Origin: Desulfomonilia bacterium
Lineage (GTDB): Bacteria > Desulfobacterota > Desulfomonilia > UBA1062
Length of the DNA: 64,000 bases
Assembly: GCA_963664325.2 (NCBI GenBank)
Contig: CAXXDQ010000007.1
Span: forward strand, 224,001 to 288,000
Direction: 5' to 3'
How positions within the stretch are numbered: position 1 is the stretch's first letter; each line of letters opens with the position of its first letter. Made by a program: the position numbers and the translations under genes. Positions 20,584-30,212 of the stretch are shown in pieces. A model generated the notes under the pieces. That model was not told where the DNA came from, searched no databases, and was given only the letters and a program-made list of their open reading frames with translations.

Positions 20584-21954
20584 CTAAAATTTGAATTCTG
20601 CGGAAATGCCTGCTGCAAAACCATAGCCGGACAGCGTTATCTGTTCTCCTGTCTCTGCTTTCGTGTAATCCCTGTCGATTAGGTAATGATACTGAACCAT
20701 TGTCTGTATGCTTATGGGTTTGCTCCAGTATCTGCCAGGCTTGTCCCATCTGTTTTCAGTCCCGATGCTGAATATGTGCTTGTCGTTGTCGAGAAAATTT
20801 GTCGTCCCTGTCTGATCGGGAACAGGAGATTTCCAGAATGAATACCCTCCCCTTACAATCATGTCGCCAAGCCATTTGTTTGAATATACTACACCCTTCT
20901 CCACCCCGGCTCTTATATTAAGTACGTCTTTAAAGGACGGGGACGGATCACTATGAAGCACATCAATATATCCGGACCACTGCATCCATGTAAGGTCTGC
21001 ACTCAACCTGAGATCGCTGTCAAACCTGTATGCCGCACCAAAGGCCCATTGCGAAGGTGAATAATAGTGAGCAAAATGGTGGTTGTAATCAAAAGAGATT
21101 GTCAGAGGCTGACCGTCAGGGTTCTGAGGATTCTGGACCCGGACATCGACATGATTGGTGCCATAGTCATCCATGTAAAGCTCATCCCGCCATGACAGGC
21201 CGAATGAAAGTTTTTCATTAGGTTTTATCTGCACTCCCACAATCGGCGAAACTGAGGCTTTGGTTTTCTGGTCTTCCGCTATATCCCCTGTAACACTGAC
21301 ATATTGAGAATTTCCGTTCGGGCCTAGAAAATCTTTAACAATTTCGTTTATTGCCTGCTCGCTTACATAAACAGGGCCTTTGCTGTTTGTTTCAAGTTCA
21401 AGAAGGATGTTAGCGCTGATACCTAGTGACAGCCATTTTACCGGTTCATATCCCAGACCTGCCACAGCAACAAGCCTGTGCAGATCATCATAATAAAAGA
21501 TATAGCGCTCCTCTTCGGGAAGTTGTGTCCTCCACCAGTACAGGCTGTCGGTCGGGATCAGAAAAGTCCCGCCTAATACAAGAGGAGTATTCTCCAGATA
21601 CTTTGAAATGCCCCTGATGTCAGCGCTGAAATTAAATCCGATATTCGTAACCGAATCCTGACCTGAGGGTGTATGTTTTCCATTTATCGAACTGTCAACA
21701 GTTCCTTTCAGATCAAATGTTGAAATGCCGAATTCGCTGGTTAGACCTATATCCTTGAAGAAGTTAATTCCGGTAAGACCTGCAGGGTTTGTGTATGCCT
21801 CAGATCCGTCAAGGGATGACGCAACCCCAGTGCCTGCCATTGATTGAGACCTTATACCAAGTCCGCAGATTTCACCCATCGAAGCATAAAGCATTGCTGG
21901 GAATATTGTATTTGAGATCATGAAAATAATTAATATGGAGGTCTTTTTCACCAT
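20584..21954 (-). CDS. OmpP1/FadL-like outer-membrane channel
   Basis: Signal peptide, SMAG..A hatch motif, YTNPAGL, TWMQWS, C-terminal FKF. Start at ATG 21954 after GAGG. Confidence 0.85.
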   Translation of the reverse strand: MVKKTSILIIFMISNTIFPAMLYASMGEICGLGIRSQSMAGTGVASSLDGSEAYTNPAGLTGINFFKDIGLTSEFGISTFDLKGTVDSSINGKHTPSGQDSVTNIGFNFSADIRGISKYLENTPLVLGGTFLIPTDSLYWWRTQLPEEERYIFYYDDLHRLVAVAGLGYEPVKWLSLGISANILLELETNSKGPVYVSEQAINEIVKDFLGPNGNSQYVSVTGDIAEDQKTKASVSPIVGVQIKPNEKLSFGLSWRDELYMDDYGTNHVDVRVQNPQNPDGQPLTISFDYNHHFAHYYSPSQWAFGAAYRFDSDLRLSADLTWMQWSGYIDVLHSDPSPSFKDVLNIRAGVEKGVVYSNKWLGDMIVRGGYSFWKSPVPDQTGTTNFLDNDKHIFSIGTENRWDKPGRYWSKPISIQTMVQYHYLIDRDYTKAETGEQITLSGYGFAAGISAEFKF

Positions 21955-21956
21955 GC

Positions 21957-23342
21957 CTAGAACCTCACCTTCCATGTAATGCCAGTGTTCCAGAGGGTTC
22001 CACCATATTTGACTGATATGCCGCTTACATCCTTGGCTACCTCGGAATCAGGCATGTACTGGCATTGTACATGGAAATCCAGGTCCGAATTCTTGAAGCT
22101 GTATCCGGCGCCTCCGCAAATGATATGGGTATCTCCGTCAATATAATTATAAACTCCTGTCTGTTCAGGAACCGGAGTCGGTCTGTACATGTAGCCGGTT
22201 CTCAATTTTATTTTTTCGGTAACAGAATATTCAAGACCAAGTTTCGGATTCAAAGTGTCTTTGAACTCGGACTCCGGCGTTTCAAGATGAGGTCCTTCAT
22301 ATCCGGACCACTCGGAATACGTAAGGTCAAATGAAGCTGTGATTCTTGATCCCTTTAATCCTATCCCGAACGTATATTCTCTGGGAGAAAAAAATGAATT
22401 GTGAGCAAGATCTACCTTTATGACCGGGATTTTATCCGCCAGAGTCTGGTTGACATTGCCATTCTTGTCCACAGGCAGGATATACAAGTACTGATAGCCG
22501 GTGGAATCAGCGCTTATCTTGTCTCTAAAGCTGAAGCCCAGGCTGAGCCAGTCTATGGGCTTATAGGTAAGACCTGCATAAAGAGCGGCATTGAGAACCA
22601 GTTCCCTGTTTACTGCGACCTTTGCATCGGCGCTGTTGCTGACATCAATATTAAGTTCTTCAATAAGTTTACTCAGGTCGCCGATGTTGTCAACAACGTC
22701 ATTGGTATCAACCTTGAGCGTTATATGGGTATCCGTATCCATAAGTCTGAGCAGGAGCTCGGAACCGATGCCGAGTGAGAACTTATCACCTATGTTCTTG
22801 GAGAGGGCTGCATAAACACCAAGGCCTTTGGCCACATCGTTGTAAACAGGAAAAAAGTAATCTCTTGCAGTTTCCGGGATGTCGATATCAAGTATCGCCT
22901 GTGTGGGAACAAAACAGGAAATGCCGAACATAAAACCTTTCATGTGATGTTCAAGTCTGCCGAGATTCATCACGAGCCCTGCGGTAATGGCTTTTACATT
23001 CTCATCATCTTTTACCACACTACCAGCGCTGTCACTTATTTTAAAGTCAGGCATGACATACATTGCGCCGATGCCTAACTGAAGCCATTCATCTTTCTTC
23101 AATGCGAAATTAAGGCCTGATGGATTGTAGTAAGCGGCAGTGTAATCATCGGAAATCGCCGTCATTGCGCCGGCCATTGAAGAGGCCCTTGAGGAAAGTC
23201 CAAGAAAAGATGCCGTATCAGCTACGGCATCTGTCTGGAAAAATAAAACAAGGAAAAGGGGCAAAAATACGTATTTAAAATAACCGAATAAATCTGGCAT
23301 CCTGTGGCACATACTGTTAACCATGAGCGCAGCCACATACAC
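21957..23342 (-). CDS. OmpP1/FadL-like outer-membrane channel
   Basis: SMAGAMTAISDDYTAAYYNPSGL FadL signature, YSEWS, C-terminal VRF. Exact start is uncertain. Confidence 0.88.
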   Translation of the reverse strand: MYVAALMVNSMCHRMPDLFGYFKYVFLPLFLVLFFQTDAVADTASFLGLSSRASSMAGAMTAISDDYTAAYYNPSGLNFALKKDEWLQLGIGAMYVMPDFKISDSAGSVVKDDENVKAITAGLVMNLGRLEHHMKGFMFGISCFVPTQAILDIDIPETARDYFFPVYNDVAKGLGVYAALSKNIGDKFSLGIGSELLLRLMDTDTHITLKVDTNDVVDNIGDLSKLIEELNIDVSNSADAKVAVNRELVLNAALYAGLTYKPIDWLSLGFSFRDKISADSTGYQYLYILPVDKNGNVNQTLADKIPVIKVDLAHNSFFSPREYTFGIGLKGSRITASFDLTYSEWSGYEGPHLETPESEFKDTLNPKLGLEYSVTEKIKLRTGYMYRPTPVPEQTGVYNYIDGDTHIICGGAGYSFKNSDLDFHVQCQYMPDSEVAKDVSGISVKYGGTLWNTGITWKVRF

Positions 23343-23654
23343 CCTTACAAATATTACAAGCCCCTATCACCCATAAAAAAGCCCATCGGCAACACAACTT
23401 CAAGGTTCTATAACCTCCCCCCTGTAATAACATTGAAACCTATCTCAATTATAAGCAACCAGCGTGCCACACTGATTATTTTTTAATAATTTAAATTATC
23501 TCCATAACTTGTTGATTTAACGCACTTTAGTTTCAAAAAACATTAAAACAATCGTTTAATTGATAAACACAATCTATTCTGATCATATATCCTTATGAAT
23601 ATTTTTTCTCACATACCCTGCAAATAATTTCTCATCATACTTTTCAGATGCTTT

Positions 23655-24341
23655 CTAAATCCATCCAAGTATCCCCATGAAAACTATAAGGCATATGAGG
23701 TCAAATCCCAGGATTGATCCAACAGTTATGGCTTTTGCCTTTACTGTTTTCATATCATGGACCCAATATGCAACCAGATAGAACGGGAAATATCCAATCA
23801 GCCAGATTATGAACGGGAACTTGATCCTCCACCATGAATATTCCCAGGTAAGAGCATTCAGTGCATTCAAGATGATTTCTATGATAACGCTCAGCGTGGT
23901 AAAGAATATGATGAAGAACCACCTGTTCGGCATCCCAAGGATTTTCATATTCTTGTCTTCAGGCAGGATTATGGTTGTGGCGATTCCAAGTATCAAGAAC
24001 ATGAAGCATATTTCTATGTTCAGCCCGATAAGGATCAGATATGCGGTATCGCCGCCCGGGGCTCCCCATACTGGGGCATACTGGGTAAAATAGAATACGA
24101 GGCCGTTCCATATTTCATTGAACCAGTCCATTCCCCAGAGTGCAAGACCTGCAAAGACTACGCTCCAATTCTTTTTGGCCACCTGTGTGTGGTATATGTA
24201 AATGACCATTACAAGAAATGGTATAACATACCATTTGAACGTTGCCGGGTCTCTCAGAATGCCGAGCGACTGAATCGAATACTGCGTCATGTTGTCCATG
24301 TTTTTGACAATTGATAGAGCCTGTTCGGAAAATCCGTTCAT
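23655..24341 (-). CDS. Hypothetical integral membrane protein (~6 TM)
   Basis: Strong SD (GGGAGG). Hydrophobic helices containing polar motifs DWFNEIWN and NIEI. Confidence 0.75.
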   Translation of the reverse strand: MNGFSEQALSIVKNMDNMTQYSIQSLGILRDPATFKWYVIPFLVMVIYIYHTQVAKKNWSVVFAGLALWGMDWFNEIWNGLVFYFTQYAPVWGAPGGDTAYLILIGLNIEICFMFLILGIATTIILPEDKNMKILGMPNRWFFIIFFTTLSVIIEIILNALNALTWEYSWWRIKFPFIIWLIGYFPFYLVAYWVHDMKTVKAKAITVGSILGFDLICLIVFMGILGWI

Positions 24342-24595
24342 AATAACCTCCCTTATTTAATTGATTTAAATAATTTAATCTATTTTCCCAAAAATAAAAG
24401 ATATAAAAACATGTTTCTCTAATTTTAAAAGTAAATAATGACTTTTTTTTTCAAATGGAAATTGCAGATTCAATCGAATCCTATGTGGGGAATGATTGGA
24501 ATACGCTCTTGGTCTGATAACCTTGACTGTTATTCGTATCCCATTACTATTAAACCAGATTGTTATTGTATTCAAATATCGATGGAGGCACTTTA

Positions 24596-25909
24596 ATGGA
24601 ATGTGATATACCCGATAAACAGGATGCATACGGAAGTATCGGCTTGACGAGGAATACATTCATCAGAACGTCGGTGCTTGCCGCCCTAGGTATTATTGCA
24701 GGGTGTTCGTATGAAAGATCAAACCCTGGAAATATTTCGGAAAATGACTATTCACCTTCACTTTCAGCACCTGACACCCAAAAAACGTTTATCGACCTTG
24801 CTTCGAACATCAATCCCTACGGGCCTGCACCTGAGGCCGTATCGGCAATGAAAGAGCAACTGTTACGGGACGCCCGTCTGTCTGGCATCAACCGCTACCC
24901 GGATTTTATGAGCCTGAATATAAGGGCTTCCGCTGCAAAGCTTAACAGTGTATCACCACTGAACATAGTGCCGACCTGCGGCATATCAGAGGCGGTCAAT
25001 ATCCTGGCATCTGCATTTCTGAATGAAGGTGACGAGGTAATCACATCAGATCCGCCCTTTTTTCTTATGGAGAAAATGGCCCTTGCATGGGGAGCGCATG
25101 TTACAAAAGTGCCGCTAAAAACTGATCATACAACTGATCTTGATGCAATCATAAAAAAGATAGGGGAAAGAACAAGACTCATTTATCTTATGAATCCGCA
25201 TAATCCGGCAGGTACGATCATTAGAACCGATGAATTGAATAGTTTTGTGATGAAGGTAGCAACGAAAAACCTTTTCAGGCATGGAAAAATTGTTGTAGCA
25301 ATTGATGAAGCCTATGGCGACTATGTTACAGATCCCAATTATCACAGAACTCTGACCGGATACATTTCCTTAAATCCTCTTGTCATCCTTCGCACCGCAT
25401 CTTTTGCTTACGGCATGGCAGGCCTCAGATGCGGTTATGCGATTGCAAGAAGGGATCTGGCCGCCGAAATGGACGGCAGCCTGCTGTACTACGTTAATTC
25501 TGCACTTAACAGCGAAGCTGTCGGAAAAATAATCACGGGGCATAAGGGATGGAAACACCCGGAGGGGAACATCAACCGCCTTGCAGAATCGGGCATGATA
25601 GCATCACTTGAACATGGCCAGGAACACATAGTGGCAGTCAGAACGCAAAACAGAAAAAACATGGAAAATCTCTACAAAGAACTTGATTCATCAGGAATAG
25701 AATATATTCCCACCCAGACAAATTTTATCATGGTTAACCTTGGAGACATAACAGGCAAAGAAGTGAAAGAAAGACTTGGCCTTATGAATATCTCGGTGCG
25801 CTCGGGCGATGAATTCCATAACAGGTATGAAAAGTTCATTCGTGTTTCAATTGGGACGGAAGATCAGGTTTCCGCATTTATATCAGCGCTCAGAGAGGTG
25901 CTGCAATGA
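24596..25909 (+). CDS. HisC-like class I/II aminotransferase-fold lipoprotein; catalytic Lys replaced by Phe
   Basis: SNINPYG, RYPD, NPHNPAG, DEAY, RTASFAYGMAGLR; N-terminal TRNTFIR..IAGC (Tat-like motif plus lipobox). Start ATG 24596 after GGAGG. Confidence 0.85.
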   Translation: MECDIPDKQDAYGSIGLTRNTFIRTSVLAALGIIAGCSYERSNPGNISENDYSPSLSAPDTQKTFIDLASNINPYGPAPEAVSAMKEQLLRDARLSGINRYPDFMSLNIRASAAKLNSVSPLNIVPTCGISEAVNILASAFLNEGDEVITSDPPFFLMEKMALAWGAHVTKVPLKTDHTTDLDAIIKKIGERTRLIYLMNPHNPAGTIIRTDELNSFVMKVATKNLFRHGKIVVAIDEAYGDYVTDPNYHRTLTGYISLNPLVILRTASFAYGMAGLRCGYAIARRDLAAEMDGSLLYYVNSALNSEAVGKIITGHKGWKHPEGNINRLAESGMIASLEHGQEHIVAVRTQNRKNMENLYKELDSSGIEYIPTQTNFIMVNLGDITGKEVKERLGLMNISVRSGDEFHNRYEKFIRVSIGTEDQVSAFISALREVLQ

Positions 25910-27249
25910 AAAGCACCATATTTTCGAAAGGGATTTCACGAAGAGATTTCCTAAGGGTAAGTGCAGGAACCGCATCTGTAATAGCATCAGGATTAGCCGG
26001 CATAAGCATTGGGCATGCCTTTCCGCCCGACTGTATTTCAGATAAATTCACACGTATGTGCTACCATGAAAACCCTTTAGGCCCCCATCCTGCTGTTTAT
26101 GAAGTCCTTGCATCCCTAATTAGTTCAAACAGCTTAAGCCTGTATCCTTATGAGGGTCAGGAGGAACTGAAGAACTCCATACTTAAATATAACAGGGTAT
26201 ACGGCATTCTCGGCAACGATAATATAGGACTTACTGTTGGTTCTACTGAGGCACTCATGATGTGTGCTTATTCGCTGTTAAACCCAGAGACTTCCGTCCT
26301 GACCGAATGGCCCACATACGGCATCTTCTTTACACGGGTGGAGCAGATGGGCTCAAAAATAATAAAGGTTCCCCTTGTCAGGCAGCCTGATGGAAGATAT
26401 CTGCCGGATCTGGAATCGATGAAGAAACAACTACGCGAAGATCCATCGATACGCCTTGTGCATTTTAACCTGATAAACAACCCCATGGGCTCATACATGA
26501 AAAAATCGGATTTCGATGCTTTCGTAGCCTATGCGGACGATAATTTTCCTGACACTGTCATAATTGCCGATGATTCAGACCCCGAATTCAGGGAACGCAT
26601 CCCGGATGATGAGTTTCCGAAGCCCATCGAACACGTCATTAAAGGAAAAAATGTCATTCATATTCAGACCTTTTCACACATTTTCGGCATAACCGGCCTA
26701 AGGCTGGGGTATTATATAGCTCCTGTACCGCTGGCAAAAAGGCTTGAGACGAAGCGCATATACAACGGTGTGAACATATCCGCCATAATGGGAGGCATTG
26801 CATCCATGCAAAATGCAGTTGAGCAGATAGAGCGGTCATATGAAAATAACCATGAAGGCAGGCTCTGGCTTTATTCCAGCTTTGAGAAGATGGGCATCCC
26901 ATATCTAAGATCACACGGGGCATATATAATGCTTGATAACGGCATTCAAAGCTCCATCATTTATATTCTCATGGCTGCACAGGGTGTGATGATACGCCAG
27001 GGCAGCGAATGGGGTCTTGATACATGGATTCGAGTAAACCCGGGCCAGCATCCGGTTGAGAATGAAATCTTTATAAAGGCCTTAAAAAATGCCTGCCAGA
27101 AATCTAAATCGTTTAAATCTCTGAAAGATGTACTGAATACCCCTGAAGGGATCCAGGGGCTTAAAAACGGTTATGAAACAGGTATGCTGCCTGATATGAG
27201 AAACCTGGATGACAATGAAAGGATGGCAGTGTTTAAAAATCTTCTTTAG
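25906..27249 (+). CDS. Tat-exported HisC-like aminotransferase-fold protein; catalytic Lys replaced by His
   Basis: SRRDFLR Tat motif, HENPLGP, NNPMG, QTFSHIFGITGLRLGY, IRVNPG; ATGA-coupled to the upstream paralog. Confidence 0.85.
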   Translation: MKSTIFSKGISRRDFLRVSAGTASVIASGLAGISIGHAFPPDCISDKFTRMCYHENPLGPHPAVYEVLASLISSNSLSLYPYEGQEELKNSILKYNRVYGILGNDNIGLTVGSTEALMMCAYSLLNPETSVLTEWPTYGIFFTRVEQMGSKIIKVPLVRQPDGRYLPDLESMKKQLREDPSIRLVHFNLINNPMGSYMKKSDFDAFVAYADDNFPDTVIIADDSDPEFRERIPDDEFPKPIEHVIKGKNVIHIQTFSHIFGITGLRLGYYIAPVPLAKRLETKRIYNGVNISAIMGGIASMQNAVEQIERSYENNHEGRLWLYSSFEKMGIPYLRSHGAYIMLDNGIQSSIIYILMAAQGVMIRQGSEWGLDTWIRVNPGQHPVENEIFIKALKNACQKSKSFKSLKDVLNTPEGIQGLKNGYETGMLPDMRNLDDNERMAVFKNLL

Positions 27250-27317
27250 AATTTGCATGGAATAATTTACCTTCTATCAAGTAAATTCTAAAATATTGAG
27301 CAGAAGAAGGGGGTACA

Positions 27318-27896
27318 ATGATCAAACGGATCGACCATGTATCCATTGCTGTCAGGGATTTTGAAAAGGCCAGGAAGTTTTTTGAAGGCATTCTCGGGGC
27401 AATACCAGGCAGCCGCGCAATGGATGATTCGATGAAATACAAATGGCAGATATTTTCTGCAGGCGATCTCAGCAGGCTTGAGATCATATCACCCACAGGG
27501 AAAGGCAGCTTTCTTGAGGGTTTTCTGAAAGACCGCGAGGGAGGTGTTCATCATATAACATTCCAGACGGCGGACCTGAAAAAGGCGAAGACTGCCCTGC
27601 ATACAGCCGGTATTCCATATTTCGGAGAAAACGAGTACGCCGGCGGGGTGTGGAAGGAATTATTCATCCACCCTAAGGATTCATTCGGAGTGCTTGTACA
27701 GATAGCCGAGTTTACGCCTGACGACTGGCTGGCACCCGAGGTGCGCATGCCGAAAGGCGAAAAGTTCGAGGTTGAAGAAACCCTAGACGGCTGCTTTATC
27801 CGTTTTGCTCACCCCGGCGGCGGTAATGTAAGGCTCAAGTTGAATGACGATGAAGCCCGGCTCTTAATCGACAGGCTGAAACGGGCGATATCATAA
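27318..27896 (+). CDS. VOC/glyoxalase family protein, methylmalonyl-CoA epimerase-like
   Basis: IDHVSIAV, RLEII, GGVHHITF, FIHPK..GVLVQ; extra ~55 aa C-terminal tail. Confidence 0.82.
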   Translation: MIKRIDHVSIAVRDFEKARKFFEGILGAIPGSRAMDDSMKYKWQIFSAGDLSRLEIISPTGKGSFLEGFLKDREGGVHHITFQTADLKKAKTALHTAGIPYFGENEYAGGVWKELFIHPKDSFGVLVQIAEFTPDDWLAPEVRMPKGEKFEVEETLDGCFIRFAHPGGGNVRLKLNDDEARLLIDRLKRAIS

Positions 27897-27927
27897 ATAT
27901 ATGTATGGTGTTAAAGATACTGTGTCA

Positions 27928-29082
27928 TCACCATTTCTGGAAGCAATGTTCGGCAAAGCCCAGGATATTTTTAACATCGAGAACCGTCCCGTCGTCAAGC
28001 ACGACTGTCCCGCTTAATCTACCTCTGGGCTGTATGGTTTTCATGTAATAGAACCCGAGGTTTATAAACTGTGAATGGTCATAATCGCATTCCATCGTTA
28101 TATCGAACCTGCCGTCGGCGCTCTTGAAATGCCACGGCTGCATGATGTCGTCCTCATTATATTCCCATTTAATCGGGCCCATTTTGTGGACAATGCCGTC
28201 ATATACTATGGCGCTTGCCTGGAAGCGCGATGCGTTCTCCTCGCCCCATCCGAAGTTGAAGCCCAGAACCTTGCCGTTAACCTCGCCTGAAGCCACGGCC
28301 CAGCCCCACTCAAATTCCTCGGGCCATACCCCCCTGCCCCAGTCAAGGACAGCATAGGAATCCTTTTCGTCGAAGACATATTCCTTACCCTTGATGTTGA
28401 CGCTTCCCGAAGCCCTTTTTGCAAAGACCTTGTCCGTATAGAAGAAGCTCAAGTGCTCATCATCGAAAGGTGCTGACGTAGCCAGGGATTCATCGGCCGG
28501 GTCGTCCTGTATCTTTATCTCACCCGTTATTTCAGGCCCGAAAATGGCGGATTTCGGGAAATCAAAGGCAAGCGTCTTGATGCCGTCCTTATATGTAAAT
28601 GCGGAATATACTCCGCCCTTATTAAAGATATTGTCTTCATAGGGATTAAGCGGTGGTGTCAATGCATCGGTGTTGAACAGGATGCGCATGTTGGAAAAAT
28701 TCTCGCCGGTCTTATAGTCAACAAGCGATACTGTTATCAGGACCATCCATGTGATGTCGGCCATGGTGATTTCAAAGCTGTATTCGGAATTATAGACATT
28801 ATAAAAATCCCATTCTTTGAGCCGCTTCTGCTGGTCTTTAGTAAGATTTTCCTTGTTGTATATAATAAGCGGATGGCGCGCCCATCCCCAGGCTGCAAGC
28901 GACCCGTCATTATTGAGAAGAGGTGTTTTTCCTTTTATCTCCCATTCATTATGCAAAACAGGCAAGGTCTCCTTAGTCTGTTCCACTGCCGGAGCATTTG
29001 CCGGGTCATCACCGCTGGACCCGCCGCAACCTGTAACCACAAGAATGGCGAACAAGCCTGCCATACAAAGCAAATTTTTCAT
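27928..29082 (-). CDS. DUF2804-like lipoprotein
   Basis: Lipobox VTGC; GWARHP, RLKEWDFY, LDWGRGVW, GFAEH..KW motifs. Start ATG 29082 after GAGGAGG. Confidence 0.75.
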   Translation of the reverse strand: MKNLLCMAGLFAILVVTGCGGSSGDDPANAPAVEQTKETLPVLHNEWEIKGKTPLLNNDGSLAAWGWARHPLIIYNKENLTKDQQKRLKEWDFYNVYNSEYSFEITMADITWMVLITVSLVDYKTGENFSNMRILFNTDALTPPLNPYEDNIFNKGGVYSAFTYKDGIKTLAFDFPKSAIFGPEITGEIKIQDDPADESLATSAPFDDEHLSFFYTDKVFAKRASGSVNIKGKEYVFDEKDSYAVLDWGRGVWPEEFEWGWAVASGEVNGKVLGFNFGWGEENASRFQASAIVYDGIVHKMGPIKWEYNEDDIMQPWHFKSADGRFDITMECDYDHSQFINLGFYYMKTIQPRGRLSGTVVLDDGTVLDVKNILGFAEHCFQKW

Positions 29083-29156
29083 ATCCAACCTCCTCAATTT
29101 AATGACTGACCAATTTCTATTTGGAACATTAATAAATATAAAATCAGTTTATCATA

Positions 29157-30212
29157 TTATTTATCAGTAAAAAACCCTGGAAATGGTTGCGGCAGCAGGT
29201 GGTAATCAACCGAAGCCGCCTGGATGCTGAGATCAACAGAGTTGTAGGTGTGCCAGTAAAGTATGGATCTGCCGTCGTATTGTTTCGATACAAGCATATC
29301 GAGTACCGCTGCAAAGGTCTTCCCGGTATAGGTCGGTTCAAGATTGATGTTCTCTCGCTCTTTCATGATGCTGATGGCACTCATGCCTTCGGGTGTCGGA
29401 TAACCGTAGCCTTTGCCAATGTATGATTCGATTACCTCATATCGGCTTTGATCAATGGATAAATTCTTGTCTATCAGCTTGAGGGTCCTCTTGATGAGCG
29501 TTGTTACTGTTCCTTTCGTGCAGGCCGGGAACGGACCTATATGTGATTCCGTGACCCTAACGCCTATAATCCTGCTTTTGATTCCGGCAAGCTGAACACC
29601 AATCGATAATCCTGCCATTGTCCCGTTAGAACCGAGCGGACATATGATTACGTCAGGCTCAGGCAAAAGACCCTGCCCGATTTGCTTTTTCAGTTCAAAC
29701 GCCGCATTTACAAAACCGAGCGTGCCAATGGGTGATGAACCGCCGGCAAAGAGCGGGTATGACTTACCGGGCCGTAATCGCCGAAGAATGAAAAGCTCGA
29801 CGCCTGCCCTGATAATGCTTTTTGCATAAATCATATTTGCACCGAACTTATAAAACAGCAGCATGTTCCGCTTCACATATTCATTTACCGGTTGTTTAAA
29901 AAGAAGGAGCGTGCATTTAAGCCCGAGCTTTTTTACAAATACAGCTGTGGCCAATCCGTGGTTGGTGCCGATGCCCCCCATTGTAATTATATGGTCGCAG
30001 CCTTTTTTTATAGCATCGGCAAGAACGAACTCAAGTTTTCTCACCTTGTTGCCGCCGTATTCAGTCGAGCTTTTATCATCGCGTTTTATCCACAACCGCC
30101 CATCTCCTGTATTTTTTAACATATGCACGGGCGTCGGAAAGTTGCCGAGTTCTATCCATGGGAGTTTTGTTTCAAGTTCCGGGTAGGATTGGAAAATTTC
30201 CGGCTTATTCAT
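29157..30212 (-). CDS. PLP-dependent D-cysteine desulfhydrase/ACC deaminase family enzyme
   Basis: LWIKRDD, GGNKVRKLE (PLP Lys), GSNGT.AGL, LEPTYTGK. Confidence 0.88.
   Translation of the reverse strand: MNKPEIFQSYPELETKLPWIELGNFPTPVHMLKNTGDGRLWIKRDDKSSTEYGGNKVRKLEFVLADAIKKGCDHIITMGGIGTNHGLATAVFVKKLGLKCTLLLFKQPVNEYVKRNMLLFYKFGANMIYAKSIIRAGVELFILRRLRPGKSYPLFAGGSSPIGTLGFVNAAFELKKQIGQGLLPEPDVIICPLGSNGTMAGLSIGVQLAGIKSRIIGVRVTESHIGPFPACTKGTVTTLIKRTLKLIDKNLSIDQSRYEVIESYIGKGYGYPTPEGMSAISIMKERENINLEPTYTGKTFAAVLDMLVSKQYDGRSILYWHTYNSVDLSIQAASVDYHLLPQPFPGFFTDK

Noticed and set aside
23400-23425. AAGGTTCTATAACCT hairpin resembling a preQ1 riboswitch
   Set aside because: It lacks the A-rich 3' tail, is in the wrong orientation for the downstream gene, and has no queuosine-related context.
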